NCBI GenBank assembly: GCA_965216875.1
Contig: OZ244207.1
Span: 6,912,001 to 6,976,000 of the forward strand
Length of the DNA stretch: 64,000 nt
Origin: Rubripirellula sp.
Lineage (GTDB): Bacteria; Planctomycetota; Planctomycetia; Pirellulales; Pirellulaceae
Reading direction: 5' to 3'
The first letter of the stretch is position 1. Each line of letters opens with the position of its first letter. A program made the position numbers and the translations under genes. The notes beneath the pieces are model-generated. The model searched no databases. It was not told the origin of the DNA and was given only the letters and a program-made list of their open reading frames with translations. Shown in pieces: positions 30,009 to 38,921 of this stretch.

Positions 30009-31007
30009 ATGTACGCCAACGATCTTCAAATTGTCAAAGCCGTTTTGAAAAGCCTGGGTTCCTACCGTCGAAAAAGAGTCTCGCTTGTTGTCGGGGCTTT
30101 GCTTGTACCTTGGCTTTCAGGGTTCTTGGTTGCCTTGGTCGCAGATGCACAGGGATCATTGATGTGGGGCCAATACTCTGCCGGGTTGGTCTTGGCGGAG
30201 CTGGTGACGTTCATTCCGGTGATGGGTTGGTGTAGTTGGTTTGTTTTTCGCGATCCCTCGAGCACATCCGTTCGCAGGAAATTCTTGGTGTACGGTGCCG
30301 TTTTCCTTTACTGCATCGTGTTGGGCGATTTGATCGCTACGAGGTGCGAGTACGGATTTGACGGCCTTCTCAATGCGCGGATGGGGTTTCTAGCGATCTC
30401 CTATGGCGAAATCGAGGCGGTGGCGTGGAGATCTGTGTTCTTGGTTCCGATGCTTGCCGCGATGACGTTGGTGCGATGGGGCTTCGGCATGACACTGGTC
30501 GATATCGATAGTGATCAGCCACCAAAGAGAATGAGGATCTCGATTGGGAAGCTATTGATCGCGACCGCGGTCGTCGCCGTGATGATCACCTTGGTCAAAG
30601 CGATTGGCATGTTGTTTGAATCGCAGCTTATCGATTCGACGTTTTCCAACAGCGACCGCCTGATGATGCGAATCGATCTTTATCTCAAACCGCCGTTTGC
30701 GGGTGTCGTGACAGGAATCATCTTCTACCTCGTCGGTTTAGCGACGACCAAACGAAGGCTGTGGACATTGTTGCTGATGCTTGCCTTCAGTTTGTCTTAC
30801 GGGTTCAACTTGCTGTTCGATTGGTTGACGGGTCTGTTGATTCCAAGTGTCGGATTCAATCCGGCGCCAACGTTGTTCCGAATACTTGACGCGGCAGCGC
30901 CGGTGGTTGCGATGCTGGTCGTGTTTGGTTGCCTTCGTTGGGCGGGGCTCGTCGTCCGTTTTGCAAGCCACAAGAACTCGCAGCAAAGCGTCAGTTCCAG
31001 CGGATAG
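30009..31007 (+). CDS. Hypothetical polytopic membrane protein
   Basis: Long ORF with many TM segments; ISIGKLLIATAVVA motif. Confidence 0.7.
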   Translation: MYANDLQIVKAVLKSLGSYRRKRVSLVVGALLVPWLSGFLVALVADAQGSLMWGQYSAGLVLAELVTFIPVMGWCSWFVFRDPSSTSVRRKFLVYGAVFLYCIVLGDLIATRCEYGFDGLLNARMGFLAISYGEIEAVAWRSVFLVPMLAAMTLVRWGFGMTLVDIDSDQPPKRMRISIGKLLIATAVVAVMITLVKAIGMLFESQLIDSTFSNSDRLMMRIDLYLKPPFAGVVTGIIFYLVGLATTKRRLWTLLLMLAFSLSYGFNLLFDWLTGLLIPSVGFNPAPTLFRILDAAAPVVAMLVVFGCLRWAGLVVRFASHKNSQQSVSSSG

Positions 31008-31032
31008 GACGCTTGCTACAGCTGCGTTGACA

Positions 31033-31068
31033 AAATGAAGATTTCGAGTGTTAACGAAATCTTCATTT
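31033..31068. promoter_or_regulatory. Perfect 14-bp-arm inverted repeat (operator or hairpin) upstream of the Ser/Thr kinase
   Basis: AAATGAAGATTTCG-agtgttaa-CGAAATCTTCATTT, immediately after TTGACA (31027-31032). Confidence 0.65.
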
Positions 31069-31201
31069 CAAGGGAGCCGAAAGCACTCGTATGCTAAGCG
31101 CTATGGGCTTGCGGTTGGCATTTCTCGTTACATCGTTTTCGGTTCGAAGCGTTAGAATAGCGCCGCGTCTCTGATCGCATCAACATCCCGCAGGTGAAGG
31201 G

Positions 31202-32749
31202 ATGTTTCCTTTTTTAAGAGCCGTTATGTCAGGCGATTCCACAGTCACCCAGAACCCCATTTTGAGCGGTGAAACGCGCGTTTTCGTGCGCCGTTGCTTG
31301 GCTGCTGGTCTGGTGGAAATCGACGAACTCAAGAAGGTCGTCGTCTCGCTGATGACCGAAAGTGAAGCGTTCACACCTCAGCGGTTGGCCGAGGGCTTGG
31401 TCGGTGCCGAGATTCTGACTCGCTGGCAGTCAAACAAACTGCTTGCCGGTAAGAGCCGCGGCTTTTACCTCGGCAGCTATCGGTTGTTGCGACCACTCGG
31501 CAAAGGTGGGATGGGGGTGGTGTACCTCGGTGAACACCACGTGATGAAAAAGCTGGTGGCTCTTAAGATTCTGCCGCCTGAAGCGACCAAAGACGCACGT
31601 CGAATCGCACGATTCAAGGAAGAGGCACGAGCCTGTGCCCAGCTCGAACACAAAAACATCGTCAACGCTTATGACTTTGCCGAGGCGGGGGGCAAGCTCT
31701 ATATCGTGATGGAGTTTGTCGATGGCATCGACCTTCAACACGTCGTTTGCCGTGATGGTGTGATGTCTGTCGCAGACGCAATCGATGCACTGACCCAAGC
31801 GGCAGAGGGGCTGGCGCACGCCCATGAACGCGGCATCATTCATCGAGACATCAAGCCTTCGAATCTGTTGCTTCGCACGGACGGTGTTGTCAAAGTCAGC
31901 GACCTTGGATTGGCCAGGATTGGTTGGGCTGGCGACGAAGGACGCGAAAAGAGTCGCTTGACCGGAACGGCCGATTTTGTTGCACCTGAACAGGCGATCA
32001 ATAGCAATGCAGTCGACGCCCGAGCCGACATCTATTCGCTCGGTTGCACCGTGTTTTACTTACTTACTGGACGCAGTCCGTTTGATGGTGACACGGTTGC
32101 AAAACGTCTGGCAAAGCATCAAACGGCGGCAGTTCCCGATGTAAGGGCCTTTCGCAAGGATTGTCCGGCGGCCTTTGCAGAACTGATTATGCGGATGATG
32201 GCCAAGCGGCCCGATGATCGTCCCAAAAGTGCGGTGGAACTGCTCGCTCAACTGCGCCGCCTTGCCGGTGTCCCAAGCGGATCGGTAGGAAAGAGTCTCC
32301 GAGGCGTTAAGCCAGCCAGCGACACGGTTGTTGATGCCGAGGTGTATCAGGCAACGATTGACGACACATCGCTCTCGGCCGATGGCGAAGTGGAAGTTGT
32401 CGAGGTTGCCGAGGAGTTTGACTTTGGTACGCTGCCGCCGGTTGAGAATCTACCGGCCGTGCCAAATACGACTGGTCTCAATCCAGTGCTGCAGCCACCT
32501 GCAAAAGCACCAGGGCAGGTTCCCGCAAAGCCTGCCAGGCCTGCTAAAAAGCCAGTATCAAATGCGGAGGGTGGTAACCAACAGTTGCTACTCGGAATTG
32601 GTTTAGCTGTGGCGATTATCGCCCTGCTGGCGGTTGTCGGGATGGGGATCGCTTCGGTTTTGAAGCCTCCGCCAAGCCAGGCACCCCGAATAAAGACGGT
32701 CGAAATGGGCAAGGATGGCGGACCCAAAGTGTTGGTGATTCAAGAATAA
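31202..32749 (+). CDS. Hanks-type Ser/Thr protein kinase with C-terminal TM anchor
   Basis: LGKGGMGVVY, VALK, HRDIKPSN, DLGLA, APEQ, DIYSLG; Pro-rich linker and TM. Confidence 0.95.
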   Translation: MFPFLRAVMSGDSTVTQNPILSGETRVFVRRCLAAGLVEIDELKKVVVSLMTESEAFTPQRLAEGLVGAEILTRWQSNKLLAGKSRGFYLGSYRLLRPLGKGGMGVVYLGEHHVMKKLVALKILPPEATKDARRIARFKEEARACAQLEHKNIVNAYDFAEAGGKLYIVMEFVDGIDLQHVVCRDGVMSVADAIDALTQAAEGLAHAHERGIIHRDIKPSNLLLRTDGVVKVSDLGLARIGWAGDEGREKSRLTGTADFVAPEQAINSNAVDARADIYSLGCTVFYLLTGRSPFDGDTVAKRLAKHQTAAVPDVRAFRKDCPAAFAELIMRMMAKRPDDRPKSAVELLAQLRRLAGVPSGSVGKSLRGVKPASDTVVDAEVYQATIDDTSLSADGEVEVVEVAEEFDFGTLPPVENLPAVPNTTGLNPVLQPPAKAPGQVPAKPARPAKKPVSNAEGGNQQLLLGIGLAVAIIALLAVVGMGIASVLKPPPSQAPRIKTVEMGKDGGPKVLVIQE

Positions 32750-32818
32750 CTTCGATTCCCCTTGGCGGTGCGTCGGCATCGAAATTCATTGTTGCGATCA
32801 GGTATTACCGAATCGACT

Positions 32819-33661
32819 ATGCCGCGACTTGTGCTTCAAACCGGCAGCCACGCCGGTTTGGAGGCTCCGCTTCAAGCTGGCTTCTACATGATTGGTCGGC
32901 ATAAGGAGTGTCAGATTCGTCCGAAGAGCCGATCCGTTAGCCGCCGGCACTGCATTGTTCACCGGCACGACCAAGGTGTGCGTGTACTCGATCTGGATAG
33001 CACGAGTGGGACGCGAATTGACGAGGAGCGGCTTGTGCCGAAGACATGGGCCGAGCTAACGAGCGGTTCCATTTTGCGGGTCGGGAAAATCAGTTTCAAA
33101 GTGGTGTTCGAGGAGCTTCAGTCGGCCGGAAAACACGCAGTCGTTGCGGCAGATGCGGCCGCGGAAGGGTCGCAAACGATGGTCACCGGCGCAGCTTGGC
33201 AAGAAGCGGACATTGCCGAATACCTCGACACCGAAGACGCGGCTGACCAAGAGCGGCGTTACGATGCCATTCGGTCGGGAACGCAATCCATGACCGACAC
33301 GATCGCAGGCGATGGGTTGCCTGATTTGGATGATCCCGACGCGTTGGTCGACGATGATCAGGACACGGATACTGATATTGAAGCACCTGAGGCAGAGGCA
33401 TCCGCTGGTACGCAAGCCAGGGGCAAGGTCGAAACGGCGCCTAGCACCACGAAAACCAAGAAAGTCCCGAAGCGTTTCGGGAAGCTGCCCAAGAAGAAGA
33501 AACGCCCCACGGGCGCTGGCGGAGGTCTGTTTAGTGACATCGAACGGTTGAAGATGATCGGTGCCGCGCTTTTGCTGGTGACCACCATTGGCGTTCTCGG
33601 CTATAGCGGTTACCGATTTTTTGCTGGCCCTGAAGTTCGGGTGATCGAGGGGATCGACTGA
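32819..33661 (+). CDS. FHA domain protein with C-terminal TM anchor
   Basis: IGRHKECQI, VSRRHC, DLDSTSGT; acidic then basic linker, TM; start ATG 32819. Confidence 0.9.
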   Translation: MPRLVLQTGSHAGLEAPLQAGFYMIGRHKECQIRPKSRSVSRRHCIVHRHDQGVRVLDLDSTSGTRIDEERLVPKTWAELTSGSILRVGKISFKVVFEELQSAGKHAVVAADAAAEGSQTMVTGAAWQEADIAEYLDTEDAADQERRYDAIRSGTQSMTDTIAGDGLPDLDDPDALVDDDQDTDTDIEAPEAEASAGTQARGKVETAPSTTKTKKVPKRFGKLPKKKKRPTGAGGGLFSDIERLKMIGAALLLVTTIGVLGYSGYRFFAGPEVRVIEGID

Positions 33662-33728
33662 TTTCGCGTATCCAGGGTCCGCGCAACGCGGTTGTTTGCC
33701 GTTGTGCCGCCCATGAGCGCGGCCGCTT

Positions 33729-33872
33729 CTAGCGTTTTTTGCTGTTCTTTTGTTCGTTGCGCTCAAGAAATTTTGCCATTCTTTGGGCCTCCTTGCGTTC
33801 GCGTCGAACCGCACGCTCTTTGGGGTCAAAGAGGCCTGCAATCCAACGACGAATTCGGATGACTAGCTTCAT
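33729..33872 (-). CDS. Possible small basic protein (47 aa)
   Basis: MKLVIRIRRWIAGLFDPKERAVRRERKEAQRMAKFLERNEQKNSKKR; fills an otherwise empty gap; no homology recognised. Confidence 0.4.
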   Translation of the reverse strand: MKLVIRIRRWIAGLFDPKERAVRRERKEAQRMAKFLERNEQKNSKKR

Positions 33873-34599
33873 ATCGCGTCCATCGCGGGGCCGGCGAATC
33901 GTCAAAGAGGTCAAAAGTTGACCGGGCCAGAATCGAACTGGCATTGCGGGACGACCTAATCCCACTGCTCACCAATACGCCGCCGGTCTGTGGTTGCGTC
34001 TCCCTCTTCGCGGCATGCGTTCATTGCAACCAGGTCAAGGGAGGGCGTGATGGCCATGGTTTAATAGGTTCAGCTCTCTTGTCGACACAAAACTGAAGAC
34101 TTCGATCCCCTTTTGATCATTCTTCATCCGCTCTGGAAACCTTCTTCATAACTATTGGTTCCGTGGCGCGTTTCCCATTCCCCGGAACGTCCTTGTGGAA
34201 GACTTTGCGCTAGACAGCACGAATGCTGTGGCAGTTGCTCCGCATCGGGTCTGGCGTTCTGAGGCAGGGATCAACATGAAGAATCAACATGAAGAATCGA
34301 TGAACCGAATCTCGGCTTCGTAGCACACATGTTTGACCGGATGCGGAAGCGTCTAACAGCAGCTTGCACTTTATGGTGGCGCCTGGCGCCCTAAGCAGTC
34401 GGGGCCAGGAGTTTCGAAATCCTTCGCGCTTGTGAAGAATCAAATTGTTCTGGCGATTGCGGTTGAAATCGTCGATCAGCTTCAGAACATTCAGCACACG
34501 AGCGTTGGGCAGGAGCAACATTGCTTCCTGAATCCCCAGATTGGGAATTCTCAGCTCCAACACTCTACCCTCACATTTTCTTCACAAGGGCCTGTTTCA

Positions 34600-35844
34600 A
34601 TGTCGCTCAACTTTGGCGGGAAAGCATTGGACTCAGCAGACAGGATTGCCGGCAAGATGCGGCGACACGGTTTCACACTGATCGAACTCCTGGTGGTTAT
34701 CTCGATCATCGGTATTTTGGCTGCTCTCTTGTTGCCAGCGGTTTCAAAGGCACGCGAAAGTGCACGCGGCGTTGAGTGTCAGAACAACCTCAAAAACATG
34801 GGCGTGTTGCTGACCAGTCGCACGGTGACTGCGCCGGATGGCGCCTTTTGTTCGGGCAGCTTTGATCCCATTCGCGATGGCGTTCCGACCGAAACGGGTT
34901 GGGTTGCAGACCTTGTCGCTCGCGGCGCGATCGTCAGCGAAATGCGTTGTCCAAGCAATGCGGCAGTGACAAGCAAAGCGATTGAGCAACTTTTGACGGT
35001 CCCCCACGCCGACTTGTCGAATACTCAATGTGGTGACCTTTTGGGAAGCGTGTCGTACACCGACGCGATGGGCCAATCGGTCGTGAATATCAGTCGCAAG
35101 ATTGTTGACGATTCACTTGCACCGCTTGATCCGGCAAGGGCCGAGTTGATCGACGAAAAGATGCTCCAGCAAGGATACAACACGAACTTCGCAGCGAGTT
35201 GGTTTCTCGTTCGCAGCGAGTTTCGGCTCAACGAAGACGGCGATTTGACGCCAGCGGACCCAGCGTGCATGGATACCGACCCGAAAGGCAAGAACGTCAC
35301 GCGCGGCCCACTGACAACCCGCTTGGTCGACAACGGAAAAGCCCCGGCGAGCACGATTCCTTTGTTGTCCGACGCGGCAGCAGTTGGTTTCTTGTCTGCC
35401 CAGGTTGGTGAATTGCCGAGCGGCTCGTTCTACACCACTCCGATTGTCGGATCGCCGATCGGCAATCGGGCACAGATTGATACCAACGCTGACGGGACAG
35501 CAGATGCGATGAATCCCCACTTCATGGAAGTCCCGAGTTTCGGTGGTTCTGTTCCGCGTGAAGGGGCGACAGGTTGGCTAAAGACTTGGAGCTATGACAC
35601 GCGTCAAGACTACCGCGGCATGGCGACTTTGCATCAAGGGGTTTGCAACGTGTTGATGGCAGACGGCAGTGTCCAGGCATTGCTCGACGCGAACGACGAC
35701 GGCTTTTTGAACAACGGCTTCGACGGTGCCGAGACGGCGCCGCAGCCAGGCGGTGTTGTGTTTTGGACTTCTTCGGACGTCGAAGCGGGGCCTTTGGATC
35801 TGGCAAGCTACTATTCGCTGACCTCGAAAGGCGAGCAGAACTAG
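34600..35844 (+). CDS. Prepilin-type DUF1559 protein (paralogue B)
   Basis: RRHG^[29 protein letters not shown]-x9-DG ([12 protein letters not shown]); start 34600 or 34657. Confidence 0.93.
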   Translation: MSLNFGGKALDSADRIAGKMRRHGFTLIELLVVISIIGILAALLLPAVSKARESARGVECQNNLKNMGVLLTSRTVTAPDGAFCSGSFDPIRDGVPTETGWVADLVARGAIVSEMRCPSNAAVTSKAIEQLLTVPHADLSNTQCGDLLGSVSYTDAMGQSVVNISRKIVDDSLAPLDPARAELIDEKMLQQGYNTNFAASWFLVRSEFRLNEDGDLTPADPACMDTDPKGKNVTRGPLTTRLVDNGKAPASTIPLLSDAAAVGFLSAQVGELPSGSFYTTPIVGSPIGNRAQIDTNADGTADAMNPHFMEVPSFGGSVPREGATGWLKTWSYDTRQDYRGMATLHQGVCNVLMADGSVQALLDANDDGFLNNGFDGAETAPQPGGVVFWTSSDVEAGPLDLASYYSLTSKGEQN

Positions 35845-36228
35845 AAATGAGTCATCGGTTCTTATCTCGAGACGCTCAAGTTGTCTCAGGCTATTCAACC
35901 AAGAAGGAGATGCGACCTAACCACATTCCATTGCGATAAAGCTTAGGCCGCGTGTCACTTGACACGATAGACGATGTTCATCACGTCGTCGCAGCAAGAC
36001 AGAGAGCAGTCTCTGAAATGAAGACACTGACACCGGGCGATTGAGTCGGCGTCGTGTTTAGCAAGTTTTTAATGATTTGTTTACGGCAGAGTGAGTGACG
36101 TTCCCGGTGATCCGATCCGTGGCGTCGGAAAGGACTCCCTTTTTGGGACCGTCACCACACTCCACACCTCTACCCATTCTGGACAAATGGGATTGTTCCC
36201 GTCCAGAGAAAAACTAGGGAATTCAAGA

Positions 36229-37518
36229 ATGTCGCGTATGCGAAAAGCAGGTTTTACCCTGATCGAACTGTTGGTGGTTATCGCCATCATCGCTCTGTTG
36301 GCCGCGTTGTTGCTGCCAGCAATCACCAAGGCACGTGAAGCTGCTCGTGCAGCTCAATGCCAAGCCAACCTCAAGAACATTGGCGTTGGTCTGTTCAAGT
36401 ACAGCGTCCGTAACCCAGGTGGCGCTTTCTGTAGCGGTGCAAGCGACTTCCGTCGCGACGGTTGCATGGACACCTACGGTTGGGTTGCTGACATTGTCAA
36501 CATCGGCGATGGCAACATGAACGAGTCTCTCGACCCAAGTAACCCTCTTCGTGGTTCGGAAAAGCTGAACGACTTGCTCGGCTCGGACACGACTGACAAC
36601 AAAGACAACGCTCCATTGGTTCGTTTGGCTGCTGGCGTTTGTGGCGACACTTCGTGGGCTGGCGTGACAGGAAGTGGTGGTACCACCTTCTTCGCTGCAA
36701 CGACGAACAACTCGGAAGAGCGTGCAGAGCTCATCTCGCGTGCCTTCCTCACCGAAGGCTACAACACCAACTACGCAGCTGGTTGGCACTTGGTGCGCGG
36801 CATGATCAAGACCGAATCGGTTGACGTTGGTGGCGGTGTCATTGAAATGATCAGCCACTCGACTTTCGACCAATACAAAGGTATTGGCGGAACGACTGGT
36901 CCTCTGACTGCAAACACTCTTGACCGCAGCCGCATCAGCAGCAGCAATATTGGCTTCATCGGTTGTGCATCGCCTGGCGATATCGACGAAGCGATTTTGA
37001 ACGTCACTCTGTCGCACGACGGAATCACCCGCAACGTTTTCGCTAACGGCACCGACGACGCAGTTGAGTACATCACTGCTGGTTCGCTCTTGACCGAAGC
37101 GTTCAACGACGGTCCTGCCTACTGGAATGGTTCAGCTAACGTGATCGACCTGATCGGTGACAGCGAAAACCTTGAAACTCAACTTACCTGTGAGCGTTCG
37201 GCTCCAACGACCAGCCAATGTGGTGAGCCACTTGGTCCTAACGGAACTTTGGCTGCTCGCACTGCAACCTACTTGCAAGACACCCGTGACTGGTACGCCA
37301 TTCACCAAGGTTCGTGCAACATCCTGATGGGTGACGGTAGCGTAAAGGTTTTCTACGACAACAACGCAGACGGATTCCTGAACCCAGGTTTCCCAGTTTC
37401 CGCTGCTGCTGATCCAGCTGCAGTTGGTTACAGCGACAGCACCGTTGAAATGGCTCGCGACCAGTTCTTTGGTGGCATGTTCATCAACGACCAATACTTC
37501 AAGGGTGCGTTCGAATAA
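36229..37518 (+). CDS. Prepilin-type DUF1559 protein (paralogue C, putative major subunit)
   Basis: MSRMRKAG^[40 protein letters not shown]; codon usage rich in GCT/GGT/CGT/ACT. Confidence 0.95.
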   Translation: MSRMRKAGFTLIELLVVIAIIALLAALLLPAITKAREAARAAQCQANLKNIGVGLFKYSVRNPGGAFCSGASDFRRDGCMDTYGWVADIVNIGDGNMNESLDPSNPLRGSEKLNDLLGSDTTDNKDNAPLVRLAAGVCGDTSWAGVTGSGGTTFFAATTNNSEERAELISRAFLTEGYNTNYAAGWHLVRGMIKTESVDVGGGVIEMISHSTFDQYKGIGGTTGPLTANTLDRSRISSSNIGFIGCASPGDIDEAILNVTLSHDGITRNVFANGTDDAVEYITAGSLLTEAFNDGPAYWNGSANVIDLIGDSENLETQLTCERSAPTTSQCGEPLGPNGTLAARTATYLQDTRDWYAIHQGSCNILMGDGSVKVFYDNNADGFLNPGFPVSAAADPAAVGYSDSTVEMARDQFFGGMFINDQYFKGAFE

Positions 37519-37551
37519 TCGACGCTCAATATTTGAATCGAATGAAATGGC

Positions 37552-37584
37552 GCCCCCGCAGTTTTTAACCGCGGGGGCCTTTTT
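37552..37584 (+). terminator. Rho-independent terminator after paralogue C
   Basis: GCCCCCGC-agtttttaacc-GCGGGGGC followed by cTTTTT. Confidence 0.85.
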
Positions 37585-37617
37585 GCTACAGAAACGAAAG
37601 ACTTGACCTTAACAACC

Positions 37618-38817
37618 ATGAAACAGTTTTCGAAAAGGCTGATTGCCGGCGTCGTCGGGCTTGCAGCATTTGGCGTGTCTGGTTCCTGTCTCGCACTTCT
37701 TGTTGAGTACAAGCCATACGGTGTGTCGGATCGTCAACGGGGCGAATACGAACAGAAGGTTGCAGAGATTCATAGCCGCCAGAAGCTTCTAAAGGATCTG
37801 AAAGACCAAGCCAAACCGGTCGTTGAGGTAAAAGACACCATCCATGATTTCGGTATGCTTGACCCGCATACCACTGCCGTGCACGCCTTTACGGTTAGCA
37901 ACAAGGGTGAGCACCCGCTCAAACTTGAAGTGCGCGATACCAGCTGCAAGTGCACCGTCGGAAAGCTCACCAATAACCTTCTCGGGCCAGGCGAAAGCAC
38001 AAAAGTGACCATGACCTGGAACACTGGCTACAAAGCCGACACCTACGAGCAAACCGCGACGCTCATCACCAACGATCCGCTAAAGGAATCGATTCAGCTG
38101 AAGGTGAAAGGCGAAGTGCGAGCCGAGTTTGTCGCGCCCAAGCGAGTGAGCTTCACAGCGATTGATCCCGCCGAAACGGCGACAGCCGAGTTTGTGGTTT
38201 ACAGCCAGCTTTGGGATGACTTTCAGATCACCGAACTGAAATGTGATTTGGAAGGTTTTCAGTGGCACGCCGAACCAACCGATGTCGACGCTGCGGGCCT
38301 AATCGATGTTGACGCAAAATCGGCCTGGAAAGTCACCTTGTATGCCAGTCGGTTTGAATACGGCAAATTCGAAAGCGATCTCGAGTTGATGGCCTCCCCA
38401 ACATCGGGCGGAGATGACGTGACTCGAACCATCGTGGCCGCTGGTCGTGTGCGAGCGGCGATCGGATTCACCGGTCCTAACCTACATAAGACGGATGGAC
38501 TGGATATTGGCACGCTCGTCTCGGGCAAGGAGCATCAGTTTCACGTCGTTGTCCGTACCCGAGATCAGGGGCAGCGAAGCATCGAAGTTCTTGACGTTCA
38601 GCCGCAAGAGCTGACAGCGAGCCTGGAACCAACGACCCAGGAGGGTGCATACCGGCTGACGTTGACCGTGCCAGCTGATTGCGATTCGGTTGTGTTCAAC
38701 ATGGGCCATCAACACGGCTACGTTCAGGTCGGCGATCCCAAAGACGAGCGGTACTCAAACTGGTTTCCGGTCTTCGGCGCCGTCGCCTCGCTTGAGAACG
38801 CCGCAGCAAAGAACTAA
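37618..38817 (+). CDS. DUF1573 (Ig-like) domain protein
   Basis: N-terminal anchor; HDFG...HAFTVSNKGEHPL...TSCKCTVG...TNDP. Confidence 0.88.
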   Translation: MKQFSKRLIAGVVGLAAFGVSGSCLALLVEYKPYGVSDRQRGEYEQKVAEIHSRQKLLKDLKDQAKPVVEVKDTIHDFGMLDPHTTAVHAFTVSNKGEHPLKLEVRDTSCKCTVGKLTNNLLGPGESTKVTMTWNTGYKADTYEQTATLITNDPLKESIQLKVKGEVRAEFVAPKRVSFTAIDPAETATAEFVVYSQLWDDFQITELKCDLEGFQWHAEPTDVDAAGLIDVDAKSAWKVTLYASRFEYGKFESDLELMASPTSGGDDVTRTIVAAGRVRAAIGFTGPNLHKTDGLDIGTLVSGKEHQFHVVVRTRDQGQRSIEVLDVQPQELTASLEPTTQEGAYRLTLTVPADCDSVVFNMGHQHGYVQVGDPKDERYSNWFPVFGAVASLENAAAKN

Positions 38818-38921
38818 GTGCTGGCGGTGATACCTCCTATCACAGTGAGGCGATCGGTGGTCTCGAATATGCCACAAGGTTGAGTTCAAAAACAGCATCC
38901 GAAGCCGAAGTACATATCAGA

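Noticed and set aside
33056..33841. 261-aa minus-strand ORF, and similar long antisense ORFs (21703-22446, 26381-27130, 40035-40709, 54366-55064)
   Set aside because: Overlap well-supported genes; compositions look like alternative-frame translations
34563..36175. CTCTAC(C/A)C upstream of all three pilin-like genes (21391-21398 minus, 34563, 36168)
   Set aside because: Short, at variable distances from the starts, and in one case explained by a -10 box; cannot be separated from chance without statistics
36223..37017. 264-aa antisense ORF over paralogue C
   Set aside because: Shadow ORF expected from the strong codon bias of the sense gene; no recognisable motifs
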